Below are positions 51,049-64,000 of a stretch of DNA of 64,000 bases, piece by piece. The position numbers and the translations under genes are program-made. The notes under the pieces were generated by a model. The model searched no databases and was not told the DNA's origin. It saw only the letters and a list, made by a program, of their open reading frames with translations. Positions within the stretch are counted from its first letter, which is position 1. Every line of letters begins with the position of its first letter. Origin of the DNA: Octopus bimaculoides (taxonomy: Eukaryota); the NCBI RefSeq assembly GCF_001194135.2, contig NC_068983.1, positions 81,236,132 through 81,300,131 on the forward strand. Direction: 5' to 3'.

Positions 51049-52894
51049 TCACAATCAGAAAAAAAGTCACTCAGTTAAAGGGAGATAACTCATTAATTTA
51101 AACGAACCTGCAGAAGGCTTCCTTTCTCACTATGATAAAGAGATAATAGCAGAGAGGATACAGTAGTTATTGATAGCAAGTAATTAGTCTTTATTGTTAC
51201 TGTAATTGTTGTCACTTTCATTATTGACACTATTGCCGTTATTGGTATTCCTACTACTTTAGACACGTCAGCTGTTTGGATTGTTGTGTGCTGATTGATG
51301 GTGCTTACATCACACCCTTCAATCAGCGTAAATAATATTTGCTATTACATTTACACTATAAATATCATTGTCCTTGTGTCAAATAGGCATTAATTTCCTT
51401 TGTTGGGAACCATGGAATGGCAATCAACTCCACCCTCTCTCCCTCAAATACTTTTAATACATTTACTGTTGTTTAGCCCAAGGTCAGTGCTCACCGAAGT
51501 GGCCTATCTCCAGAGGAATTCCAACCACCGACAATCCTGCGTATTTTAGGTGTATATAGAATTAAATTATTTAACAAGCCCTTTCTTTTTTTAGCAGTGG
51601 AATTAAATTTGAGTAAGAGTTGTTGCCTACTTTTAGTGACCACGCAGTTGACCCTTCCTTGGTCTGCTATTATTCATTGGAGTTTCTGTCACTGCTCCTA
51701 TTGTTGTCATTGCTAAAGGTTGATACTGTTATTGTGCGTGGTAATGGTACAGGCGTAAGTTGATAATAGCGTGGTTCTCTGCCAACCCACAACAAGATTG
51801 TCCGTTAATTTTGATCAGTATCAATGTAACCAGTTGAGTGGGTTAGCGACTAAATCGTGCCGAAACGGGTGGATGGTCTCGCGGGTGTTGTAAAAAAAAT
51901 TAAAAATTATGATAATAGTGTTGTGTAATTAGGAGTTGGAGGTGTTTAGCTAAGCTGGTGTGTTGGTGGTAAGTGGTTTCAATAAACGTAGTGGTGGCGG
52001 TGGTAGTAGTGATTTTTAGTCGTGAGTAGAAGAGACAATAACCAAAACAGATGATGATGATGATGATGACGACTATGGCGATAGTGATTATGTTGTTGAT
52101 GTTGCTTGTAATTATAAGGATAGAGAGGTGGTAGTGACAATGCCACTAGTGGTAGTAGTGATTGGAGAGTAAGTGATGTAGGTGGTGGTGGAGGGGAAAA
52201 ATTGCAGTGATGCTGGTGGCAGTTACAGTGGTGGTGGTGGTGGTGGTGGTGGTAGTTGTCAGTGTCATCAACTCGGAAGTAGAGGAGAAGAGTAAAACTA
52301 TATAGATGGGGAGGAAGTTGCAAAGACTAGAGAAAGGCAAGCTAATGTTACATAGATGCAATCAAATTTACATAATTTAATGGGTGCATAGGCAGACAGG
52401 ACTGCAGGAATGGAAGAGATCCATCTGCTTGAAGGGAAGCACTTGGTGGTTGTGGTGGTGATGGTGGTGGTAGTACTGGTTGTGGTGGCGATGTAGAAGA
52501 GAGCATTCTGAAGCAAAGTGACATTTTTGGGTCATAGCAGCAAGGAATGGAAACTCTCTCTCTCTCTCTCTCTCTCTCTGGTAGGATGAAAGTAAAATAG
52601 GGATGTCTCACTTCTTTGAGACTTGAAATTTAATCAAATTGAATGCAAAAACAATTTTTGAGAAAAAATATAATTTTCATATAAATCTCATTATTATTAT
52701 TATTATTATTATTATTGAAGGGGATGTTAATTTATATATAAAGAAAAAAAGAAAGAAAGAAAGAAATAGAGATGTTGAATAAAGCAATATGAGAGGATAA
52801 AAAAATCTGAACCACAAAAACAATATAAATATGGGAGAAAAACTAAAATCATAACTCAGGCATATTTTGGGCAAACATACAAACGTGATTGGCT

Positions 52895-52934
<40 letters not shown>

Positions 52935-52985
52935 TGAATATAACATTATATTATAATTGAATTTAATATACTATATATACATATA

Positions 52986-53045
<60 letters not shown>

Positions 53046-53743
53046 GTTAAAATCAAAGCCTAAACATATATACACATATGCACGCTTATACATTCAGAAT
53101 AAAAATGTATAAACAAACACACACACACACACACAAATTCTAATTTATGTTGAAAAAAATATTCCCATTCCTACCTCAGCATATATGGCAATAGACATAA
53201 AAGAAGCACATATACATATACACATAAACAATAAGCATGTATGTTCATATATATTTGTATGAAAATGCAAACACTGATATACACAAAATACATGTAATAT
53301 ACAAATTAATACAAACAAATCGTAAGAGTATGCACAAAACCTTACACACACACACACACAACTATGCTCCAACTCAGTATTGATGTACTCACTCATAGAT
53401 ATGAATAGTTGATATATACCAACCATAAATACAAATGAACATCTATACATACATGATAGAAAAGAAAAGAAGAAAAAGGAAAAAGAAAAGGGAAAAGAAA
53501 CCTGAATTGGCTATTATAATATTCTTTCTAGCAATGTCTAAAGATGGAAGATTAAAAAGTTTTAAACTGATCTTTCTCTTGATTGCCCAACTTTTATTTT
53601 AAGAAATATTGTTAAATTTAAGTAAACAGAAATATATACCCACCCACTGAAAAAAAAAGAGAAGGAAAAAAACAAAACAAAAACAAAAACACCCTTTCCA
53701 AATCTTAACAAATATGTGCAAAGTCTTTCCTTCTTGTGTGTAG

Positions 53744-53883
53744 GAACCCTAGTTGAAAGAGAAGAAAACACTTAGCAAAATAGAATTTCCCTGGGCAAGC
53801 AGCTATATACAGTTAAATCCACTGAACCAGGCTGACATTTCCTTTTCAGTAAAGCTTACTGCTAATTAAAAGGGAGTGTGGAG
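53744..53883 (+). ncRNA. Candidate non-coding (UTR or lncRNA) exon
   Basis: gtctttccttcttgtgtgtag acceptor and GAG|GTAATA donor; stops in all three frames. Confidence 0.3.
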
Positions 53884-53937
53884 GTAATAACTGGAATAGC
53901 TTATAAGTTAGCAAAATCACAAAATATATAAATTTCA

Positions 53938-53984
<47 letters not shown>

Positions 53985-54012
53985 GAATATACATATATAT
54001 ATATATATATAT

Positions 54013-54180
54013 ATCATCGGCATCATGGGTTGAATGGTTCAACAAGAACAGACAAGCCAAAGGGTGGTGCCAGAGTCTATATGTCTGCTTTGGCATAATT
54101 TCTACAGCTGGATGCCCTTCCTAATGCCAACTGCTTAACAGAGTCTAGTGGGTGTTTTTTACATGCTGGGATCACCAAGT
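54013..54180 (-). mobile_element. Family R SINE, decayed
   Basis: ttctacagctggatgcccttcctaatgccaac core. Confidence 0.7.
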
Positions 54181-54403
54181 ATCCACAAGATCCCTCAACT
54201 GAGTGGGATATAGAATGGAGGGATCAGAAACTATGTTAAAGGCACAGGAACAGGTGTCTTGCTGAAGAGATGAATACATCGGCTTCCCCACCTGGCAAAT
54301 GAGAGAGGGAGAGGGAGGGAGTGAGAGATACTTGTGTATGTGTGCGTATATATATATATCCATACACACACATGCACATATACATGTCTCTCTCTCTGTA
54401 TAC

Positions 54404-54468
<65 letters not shown>

Positions 54469-56087
54469 CATATATATCCATCTAATCTAATATATATATA
54501 TATATATCCATCAATTCTAATAAATATATGTATATATTGACAAGATACTTATAGAATAATTTGAAGCATATGAGATTTTATATGTGTAATTGTGTAGGGT
54601 GTATATGTATGAACATGAACATGATGCCTGCAACACACACATATATGTATGTATGTATAAAATAAAGATTATTTTATGAGACTAAATTTTGGGTTACAGA
54701 GGTATGTTATTTTCCTTTCGAATGAGTAAAGAAGAAAAAAAATAACAGAAAAAGCAGAAAACAAATTTAAAGAAAAATACATTGTATGCTTACTATATTA
54801 ATCAGCTAAGAGATCACACAGACAACTTGCTTTTTCAAATAGTATTTATTGGTTAGACTATTCACACTATATTTTTTTATTGTACCATTTGAACAAGCAC
54901 AGATATGTATATGTATAAAAAAAATATAGTATCTGATAATAATCAAAGAGCAGTAAAGTGACATTAAAAGATGAGATTTGTAATCCAATTTATGTAAACT
55001 ACTGTTGTAATAACACAACTCAGATACTACTTATATCAATTAGTCATGAGGGGCTGCATGCAATACAAGATGAACACAAGTAGATCAGGAAGATGTTGAA
55101 TTAGATACTGCTACCTTACAACATTTAGAGTACTAAATCTATCATTTGTATAAAATTTATGGTAAGTTTAGTACTACACTTAGCTAATATAATGACTTAC
55201 ATAGAATCTCATAAAGAATCATAACTGTTTTCCTTTAAATTGACAAATAACTTGTCACTGTTTCATAGAAATGTAGTACACACTGTCTCAATTATATACC
55301 TAGGTAAATTGTGGGAAAAGATGTTTCTCTTTCATTTCAGATTCTCCTTCAAAATCACTCCCATTAACTTATATCACCCACTGCCTCTCAAGACACTTTT
55401 ATGGCTGTCAACAGAATAACAAGAACCAAAAGCTCTTAAGAAAAACTTTTCATTTGCAATGACTTAGTGATATCATCGTCCACCCCTCTCTCACTATTCT
55501 TCTCCGTTTGGCACATATCTTCTATTTATTTGGGACCTTTTATAACGTGAACCCTAAAAGAGTCACATAAGTGTTTTGAAGCCAACAGACTAAATACCAA
55601 GGGTAAATTAGTAAGATTTATGAGATAATATTGAATGCATTGAAAGAAATATTTTCATATCTGCATGCTGTGCTTAATAGGTGGGAAAAAAATATGGTAT
55701 TTGGTATGTTTCGAAAGAGATTTCAGTTTTAAAAAGACTAACATTGAAATGATTCTCACAGACTTAAGGGTCTAGCTTATACAGAAAGGAAACAAATATC
55801 TGAAGTATTTAAACTGTGAAGCTGATAATGTTGACTGTCTAATTAGCAAATAACTTTGAAGTAGGACTGAAGATTTCAGCACTAATATAGATTACATGGA
55901 TAAGGTAAATTGTTCAATAAAGTGTTACTGTTAGTGTTCCTAAACTTTCTTATATTATTCCACAAACTTCCCATTAAAACAATTTTATATATTATTGGAA
56001 GGAATTCACTGGTTAAACTACAGGATTAAAATGAAAAATAAGTGTATATTTCAGCACTTCTTTCACTATTCAATCAATCTTCTAGGA

Positions 56088-56532
56088 CAGTAGTTCTTAA
56101 CCAGGGTCCATATGGTCCTTGGCAGTCCATATAAGATTTTTGGGGGTCCATGCAGTGAAATAGTAAATTGGGAACCCACAATAGTATTTTAAGAGCCCTT
56201 GAAAAAATTTTGCTTCAGAATTAGATTGGAGCCTGGTGTAGCCATCCGGTTGCACCAGTCCTCAGTCAAATCGTCCAACCCATGCTAGCATGGAAAGCGG
56301 ACGTTAAACGATGATGATGATATATGTCTTGATATGTATTGTAAGAAACAGCTAGGTTTCTTTCGCTAACATTTTACATAGTCCAATCTATACAAGTTAA
56401 TGTATGAAAAACAAAATAGAAAGAAGTTTCTATTTATACTAGTTTTTTTAAATATCAAATGGCTATGAGGGTTCACCAGAATAAAATAGTAATCAAAGAG
56501 GTCCATAGATGAAAAATTATTGAGAACCACTG
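56088..56532. mobile_element. hAT/Charlie-type MITE with a nested family R SINE
   Basis: TIR cagtagttcttaa / ttgagaaccactg; TSD-like ttctagga/ttttaaga. Confidence 0.8.
56228..56320 (+). mobile_element. Young family R 3' fragment
   Basis: ggagcctggtgtagccatc...catgctagcatggaaagcggacgttaaacgatgatgatgat. Confidence 0.9.
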
Positions 56533-57225
56533 TTTTAAGACTTTTCAAAACATGAGGCTGATGAAAAATAAAGCAGAAATTAGGATTGACCAAAAATTGT
56601 GGTTTATAACAAATGAACTTTACAATTTAGAAAAATCAATTAAGTTATGTGAAAATATTCACTGTTCAACAGCATCATTTTCTTTAAATTTTGCCTCTAT
56701 CTTGATTAAACCATGAACTAAGAGAATAAGAAAAGTGCTTATCAATCAAGTTGAGCAATGACTAAAGACACAAAACTTGTTTCTAATAATACTGTTTAAC
56801 AAACAACAGAGTAACTCAACTGACAAACAACAGAATTAGATTAGCAAGCAGATTCTGTTATTTTTGATAGCCAGACATGATAGCGTCAATAATCTTGATA
56901 ATCTAATAGATTTTAATTTGTTTTAGTGGCCAGAAAACATTCTGTTTTCTTACAAATATTAAATGGTTGTAACAAACTTCCATTTAATTCAACTTGACTA
57001 GGGAAAGAAAAACTGGGAATAAAATGAAAAATAAAATAAAATAAAGAATTGCATAAAAAAAAGGTTTAAAAGAAAATTAAATCACTTTGTAATTAAAATT
57101 AAATAGGAGCAAGCCTAGTGATGCAATGAAATTTATTACTTTATGTGTATATGAGTGCAGATAGTGTAGTCTTAATCAGTCTTGGGGTTTTAAGTTCAAA
57201 TCTCATGCAAGTGCTCTTATTTTAA

Positions 57226-57257
<32 letters not shown>

Positions 57258-57690
57258 AATTATTGTGTATAGTGCACAGGTACACTACAACTCATCAAAG
57301 GTGCAAGTACAGTATATAGAATTATATACAAAAATCAGGAAAGTGAACAGTGTAAGAGTCATGATATACATGTGTGCAGGCGTATGAAGTGGGGATATCA
57401 GGTGTAGTGTTGGTGAATTTCAGGAAGCATGGAGGTTTTAAAGGATGCAATGTCTTGGCAACTAACAACTGATGCAAGTAGTTTGTTCCATGCTTCAGCA
57501 ACTCTGAGTGTGAAAAAATGTTTCTGAAAGTCATGGGAGCTGTGCTGTTTACTGTCTTTGTAGGCATGCCTATGTGTGTTAGACACATGAGCTCAAAAAG
57601 GTGTTCAAGTTGGTTGTTGGCACAATGGTTAATAATTTTGTTGGGGTTTACTATGTCAATTGCCAGACGGAGCTATCTATCTATAGTTAA
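57226..57690 (-). mobile_element. CR1/L2-type LINE 3' end
   Basis: THRHAYKDSKQHSSHDFQKHFFTLRVAEAWNKLLASVVSCQDIASFK matches the CR1 ORF2 C-terminal pattern (FF..RV...WN.L...VV....FK); (ATT)n tail. Confidence 0.85.
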
Positions 57691-59059
57691 ATTAAGCACT
57701 ATTTGTATGCAACAATGAATATTGACATAAACAGTATGTGTTTCTGTACAAACACACACACACATATACACATATACATTATTAAGAACAATTAAGTTTA
57801 GCAGCAAGGAGTTTAGGGATTCAACAGTTATGGCTTTACCTCAGGGCTTCTCTAACCGGAATGTGCATAGTTTTGGGGATACAAGTAAAAATTGTAGGAA
57901 TGCATGAAATTTATAAAATACTGGAATTCTGAAATAATCACAACTAACTACTTTTTGTTAGTGCACTGTAAAATTTAGTGAATAGTATTTATATAAAAAA
58001 GAAAAAAACATATTGTCAGATATGTTGTTCGGCAGTCTTGACTTCCAAATATAATTAATAACAAATTATATTTTGAGGACCGGTAACCACCCAGAAGCTG
58101 AAGTCCATGTGTATCACATAAGGCTAGAGAAGGGAGTGATGACCTCCCCTCACAAATACTAATTAGACACAGAATGTGTGTCATTAGCCAGCTGGAGATG
58201 TCTTCCTGGGGCTATAAACACCAGTGGCACTGTCCTGTATAGAATGTCACACTTGGTTGGCTATTATATGTTAAAAATTATATTTTGTTTGTTTATGATA
58301 ACCATAACATTATATCTACTTACTATTGTCTCTTTTCTGGTACCCAACATTTTACCATATGCACTTCACAAGGAGTGTGCCAACTCTGTTGGACAAAATG
58401 GATAAGTATCCTTGAAGAAAAATTTGAGAACACCCCTATTCTAAGTCAAGGAATTTAAAGCCTATTAAAGGAAGACTGCATTAAACTATGGAAAAAAACG
58501 AAACCAATCCCCATAACATTCCAGATAGAATGTAGCTGAAATTAGATGTCTGTTCTTGCATTTTATTTTTGTATTATAATTTCTTTATATTATTTACAGC
58601 TTCTTGGTTAATATTTGTAGATGGGGGTGTAGGAGTAGGATATCTATGTAAATTTGGAAGTAAATAATGTTTTAAAACCCAAACACACACATAAACACAC
58701 ATGTATGTGTGTGTGTGTGTATGGGTGTATGTGTGCATGTGTGTGTGTGTGAGTGTGTGTATGTGTGTGTCTGTGTGAAAATACTTTTATGGGATGAAGC
58801 AAACTATAATGTGATTTTATAAATTTAAGTGAAAGAATTAATAACTGACAAAATATATTTTTTACACTTGTACACTAATCCACAAATTTCTGGGATAGAT
58901 TATACTTGACTGTACATATCTGGTACTTTTTTTTATAAACTATTGATGAACGAAAGGTAGTTTTAACCTTAAATTCAAGAGGACAAAACTAAATAATGAG
59001 TGACCCTCTAGTATTTCTCCCAGTGCCTTGCTTTAATAACAATAACAACAATCATAATA

Positions 59060-59290
59060 ATAATAGTAATAACCCTTTCTACTGGAAGCACAAGGCCTCA
59101 CGTTTGGGGGATGGGATTAAGTCAATTACATTGACCCAGAGTGTAACTGGTACTAATTTTATCAACCCTGAAAGGATGAAAGGCAAAGTTGACCTTGGTG
59201 GAATCTGAACTCAGAACATAATGGCAGATGAAATACCGCTAAGCATTTCACCCAGCGTGCTAATGATTCTGCCAGCTCACATCCTTTAAC
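59060..59290 (-). mobile_element. Family B SINE, well preserved (further decayed copies at ~60095-61250)
   Basis: gcacaaggcc...gaaaggatgaaaggcaaagttgacc...gattctgccagctcac. Confidence 0.9.
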
Positions 59291-60347
59291 ATAATAATAA
59301 TAATAATAATAATCCTGAAACAATAATAAGAGCTAATTGTGAAGAATTTTTTTTTTCTAAAGAAAACTTCTTCACTTTTGAACATCACATTTTAAAATTA
59401 AATTTGATGCATTAAATTTTAAAATAATAAAACACAAACTAATGCATGCTAACTTGTAACAGTTGATAATCAGCCATTTTGTCTAGTGGCATTTTAAATT
59501 ATCAGAGTTATTTCCCTCTGTTTAATTAGTTTCGTTATTTCTCTCCAATAGTCTTCACAATTCTGCATGGAGCAAGCTAGAAGTGTAACCTTAAAATATA
59601 GTGTCTGTGTGTGTGTGCACGTGTGTCTGTTTGTATGTATGTGCAGGAAATCTGCTGGTTTAAAAAAGTTTTTTAATCAAACAAAGCACCTCTTGATTAC
59701 ATCCATTTAATCTATTTATGCATCTATATACAAACATATATAAAAGTATTTTCTCAATATACACTTTTCTATGAAGAATAAGAACTTAAAAAAAACTAAA
59801 AGCAACTAATACAATGTGTATGTGTGTTGATGTAAAGTAATTGTGTATGTTACATTCTTAATACTAAAATATTTACATTAAAACATTTAAAATAATAATT
59901 TTCGTTATTTTGTTATTATATTTTGTTTTAATTTACCTTTTCTTAAAATTAGCTAAAATTGAAGTGACATGAACTGGGATTATATTAACAACACAAGCAT
60001 TATCAACATGTAAATTGGATGCAATGTGTTTTTAGTTAAAAAAAAAAAAAAATTTAATTTCAATATTGATAATGATACCTGCAATTGAATATAAATAATC
60101 CTGTCTTTTACAGGCACAAGGCCTGAAATTTTGGTGGAGGGGGCTAGTTGATTACATCAATCCCAGTATTCAATTGATACTTACTTTATAAACCATTGAA
60201 GAATGAAATACAAAGACAACCTTGGTAGAATTTGAACCCAGAACATAAAGACAAACAAAATGCTGCTTAGCATTTTGTCCGGTGTGCTAATGATTCTACC
60301 AGATCACTACATATATATATATATATACACACATACAAACAGACAGA

Positions 60348-60378
<31 letters not shown>

Positions 60379-62173
60379 ACATACATACACACACATATAT
60401 ATATATTATGTGTATATATAGGGAGCAGAAGAGAGACAGAGAAGATTCATTTTTTTTCTCTTACGACAACAGTAAGGCTACATATCTGGAGGAGGGACAC
60501 TAACTTAATTGATTCTAGTATTTAACTGGTGCTTAATGTAGCCAGTTGAGAAGAAGGATCAAAGCCAAAGTTTACCTTGATGGAATATGAACTTAGAACA
60601 TAAAGGGATGTAATGTAATCCTCCTATGGTATTTAGTCAGATATACTACTGTGGAATGGTTACGATGATGAAAAAGAAGAATTTCTTACACTGATGCAAA
60701 TTTTGTAGGCAAAGAATATGGTCTACTATATAATAAATCCAACTATTTGATTGGTACTTATTTTATCAACTCAAGAATAATGAAAGACAAATTGAAGAAC
60801 ATAAGTATATACCAGAAGGCATTTTGCCCTATGCTCTATCAATTCTGTTATGCATCATTGTAATGATAATAATTTCTAACATAGGTACAAGGCCACAAAT
60901 TTGTGGTAAGGAAACTGCCAATTATATCAAATCAATACTTGACTGGACAGACTTCAGAATGTACCAGAAACTTATTGACTGTAGATTGGGAAGAGTTAAA
61001 GTTAAACATACCAATGAATACACACACACACACACACACACACAAAGTCTTTCTATTTAGATAATTAACTTGTTTCTACTAAGTTAGTGGAATTTATTTT
61101 ATTTACTTGGAAAACGAAAAGTAAAGTTGATGCCTGTGCAATCATCACCATAATGATTACAATTTGATTAATACTTTATTTCACAGACCCTGAGAGTAGA
61201 AATGTTTAAGTTAACCATGCCAGCTTTTGAGCTCAGAATGTAAAAGTCTAAAGCTAAAAGTTACAAAGTGTTGTGTCTGACATTCTAACAAATCTGTCTA
61301 CCCACTGCTCTTTTACTGGTTTCAACAAGTCAGTTGTGGCCATGCTGGGGCAGGGTTATAGAAATGTATTTTATTAATTTTAGTTATACAATAAAATGTT
61401 GCTTCATCTTTGTAGGATAAAGGAAGGTTTAAACTAAATTCTTTGTTATATCTAACCAATGAGAGAGAGCCTTTATGCCAGTGTTTTCCAAATTCTTTAC
61501 CCTTGGGAACCTTTAAAATACTTTATTTGTTGCAGGGAGCCCTTATGTAAAAATTATCATGTATATCTTTATAATTTTTGTTTCTTTTTTATAGTGTTAA
61601 ATTTCACAGTAGGTTAAAGAAATCATGAAACTGTCTTTGGGAGATTTTCCAGTGCTAAAAATATCAGATGCCACAAAGAAGGTTTAATAAATTTTCTCTT
61701 AACTAAAATTTGTTTTGACTAAATTTTTCTGCAATTCCCTATTAAGGTCATTTTTGTCCCCTAAGGCCTCATTTCTATATACATATGTCGGTGTTTTCTT
61801 ACCTCAGGGAATATGCCATATGTGTATAACAAAATTACTCAAAATGCCTTTAAACTGTATTTGCATATAATTAACCTGTTTATCACAATTTCTTGCAGAA
61901 CCTATGGTCCTAGGGAGCCCTGGTTAAAGAATGCTCTTCTACGCAGTCACTCTATCTGTTTGAAACAGTAGACAAATATTCCTCAAATCACACTACACCC
62001 CATTATTGAAGAAAAGGGTGAATATATTAGATCAGTTGGGGTTGATGTGGGTACTTATGAGATCAGATAACAAATATCAGAACTAGATACTATATAACAA
62101 AAAATAATGATTGCAACAGTTATGAAAATATGTAGAGATAGAGACAGATGCCTGCAACTTTATGGACTTCATA

Positions 62174-62548
62174 ATTTACCTCTGATTTAGCAAAGGCGGA
62201 GGTATTGTTTTTCAGTTGTGTTTGTTTGTTTGTCCATGGACAAAATATCTCAAGAACCACTGGATGGATTTGGATGAAACTTTCAGGGATATTTGGCCTT
62301 GTGACTGACATGATCTGATTAGATTTTGGGATTGATCTGGTGCCAGACAAGGATTCTGGATTATTTTTCCTGTTTCTTTTACTTAATTTTTGAGAGCGGT
62401 CAAGTTCATTTTTAGTATTCTCGTTTGTGAGAGGAGTCGAGTTTATTTCAGATATTCTCATTTTAAAAATCATCTCTGGCTAATCGTTGAGAGGACGTTG
62501 GTGTTGTCTCGGCAGAAGTTTGTGCTCTCTGAGTGCTCTTGTACTGTT
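62174..62548 (+). mobile_element. Helentron-associated non-autonomous element (HINE/DINE-1-like)
   Basis: 5' tttacctctg..ggcggagg hairpin, (GTTT)n, ggatggatttggatgaaa core, 3' ggcagaag followed by gtgctc..gagtgc hairpin and T-rich end. Confidence 0.65.
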
Positions 62549-62599
62549 ATTAGTTTTAATTCTATGGAACAAAGTGTAGATTGCATGTAATTTTTTAAA

Positions 62600-62763
62600 C
62601 AGGTGTGGCTGTGTGGTAAGAAGCTTGGTTCCCACCCACATGGTTTCAGGTTCAGTCCCACTGCATAGCACCTTGGGCAAGTGTCTTCTACTATAGCCTT
62701 GAGCTGACCAAAGCCTTGTGAGTGGATTTGGTAGATGGAAACTGAAAGAAGCTCATCACACAC

Positions 62764-62799
<36 letters not shown>

Positions 62800-62972
62800 A
62801 CATATTTATGTGTGTGTGTCTTTCTGTCTATGTTTGTACCCCCACCATCACTTGATAACCGATGTTAGTGTGTTTATGTCTCTGTAACTTAGAGGTCTGG
62901 CAAAAAATCGACCGATAGAATAAGTACCAGGCTTACAAAGAATAAGTCGTGGGGTCGATTTCTTTGACTAAA
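62600..62972 (+). mobile_element. SINE family A
   Basis: ggtgtggctgtgtggtaagaagcttg...gcaccttgggcaagtgtcttctactatagcc...gatagaataagtacc. Confidence 0.92.
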
Positions 62973-64000
62973 AAACCTTTGGATAAAAGAATATTTTTAT
63001 GTAATAATTAATCTAATAATTATGAAATGTTATTTCCATATAACAATACTTTTTAAATAAGTTTTCACATATTTATCAAACTGGATTTTGTTGCTTGTTT
63101 TTCATGATTAGGTCTACATTTTCCTTTAGCATTCAAATTTAAAGTACATCAACGAACTCAGTTGATTGACACCATACTTTTACCCAACAGAGCCTTTGGG
63201 TATTTGTGTTATTGGGTTACCAGAGGTTCATATTATTTCCTGTTGTTTTCACTATTGCATTTTAAACTGACACCACTTAGTGTCTTATTTTAGAGTGTAT
63301 TTCTTGACTCACAGTGCCTTATCTTTGTTCATTACTTGACTCAGTCAGAGAAGGCTATGCTCAAAAGCCATGTAAAGTTTGCAGTGAAATGAAAGAACCC
63401 AAAAGCTCTAATGACAGAATGATAGATTCACCATCTTTGTTATCATACATCCATTTTTCCAAACTTATGTCTCATCATTGATCATGGTTCTCTTGCATTT
63501 GGTATACACAGCAACAGAAAAAAAATGAAAACAAAAACAAAAAAACCCGGTCATCCTTGTAGTGTATGTTATACTTGTGACATGGTTTAACAGCTGGGTG
63601 TGCTTCCTGTCACCAACCCCATTACAGTATGGAGAATAGTGAAGATAAAAAACAAACAAAAAACAAAAAAAAAACTACAACAAAACAAAGCAAAGAGAAA
63701 TTATTGGTATAATCCTCGATTCCAGTAAATGTTTTTAAACACCTACTTCATATGGCATTTCTCTTTGAAATTCTGTTGGGTCTGTGCATCTATTAGGATT
63801 AAAAGAACCCTAGAGAAGCTTCAAGTCTGCAATTGAAATCACAGCTTGATTATAATGATAGGTCTGGCAGCATCTATTCTGTATGAAACAATATCCATAA
63901 GCAGAAAAGTAAAATGTAATCTAAATTTAAATGTGTTTATGTATTGGTGTACATCTACAAAAGGGCTTAAAGACATACATATACACATACACAGACGTAC

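Noticed and set aside
51979-52520. His/Thr/Pro-rich ORFs
   Set aside because: Derived from (GGT)n/(GAT)n trinucleotide repeats
58014-58154. Solo LTR (TG...CA)
   Set aside because: No target-site duplication found and only 141 bp; probably part of a larger unclassified repeat inside a decayed hAT-like element
1-64000. CRISPR arrays, rRNA, operons or prokaryotic systems
   Set aside because: None seen; the dispersed repeats are eukaryotic SINEs without regular spacers

Overview
AT-rich, repeat-dominated eukaryotic DNA. It is most likely from an Octopus draft assembly; that is inferred from my recollection of octopus tRNA/CORE-type and RTE-tailed SINE families and the dense (TA)n/(CA)n/(TAGA)n/(AAT)n microsatellites, not from a database search. 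There are four N gaps, each next to a microsatellite. I cannot recognise any known protein-coding gene, and most ORFs in the supplied track are microsatellite, SINE or N-gap artefacts. Well supported: dozens of SINE copies from at least four families, a C2H2-finger-bearing RTE-type LINE 3' end, a CR1-type LINE 3' end, a rearranged mariner, Tc1/mariner, hAT and piggyBac-type MITEs, a Helentron-type non-autonomous element, a ~150-bp-arm fold-back, and a long inverted-repeat element enclosing (TTAGGG)n. Less certain: several isolated exon candidates on both strands, RFX X-box motifs, and a CpG-retaining ~5-kb domain (~46.9-52.3 kb) that looks like an unmethylated promoter or regulatory region. 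No clearly new biological system is demonstrated. The best leads are the dsRNA-forming fold-backs, the X-box-carrying mariner next to a candidate first exon, the telomere-repeat element and a symmetric exon with a single in-frame TGA. Repeat boundaries are approximate (about +/-10-20 bp); splice-site and TIR coordinates were counted by hand.
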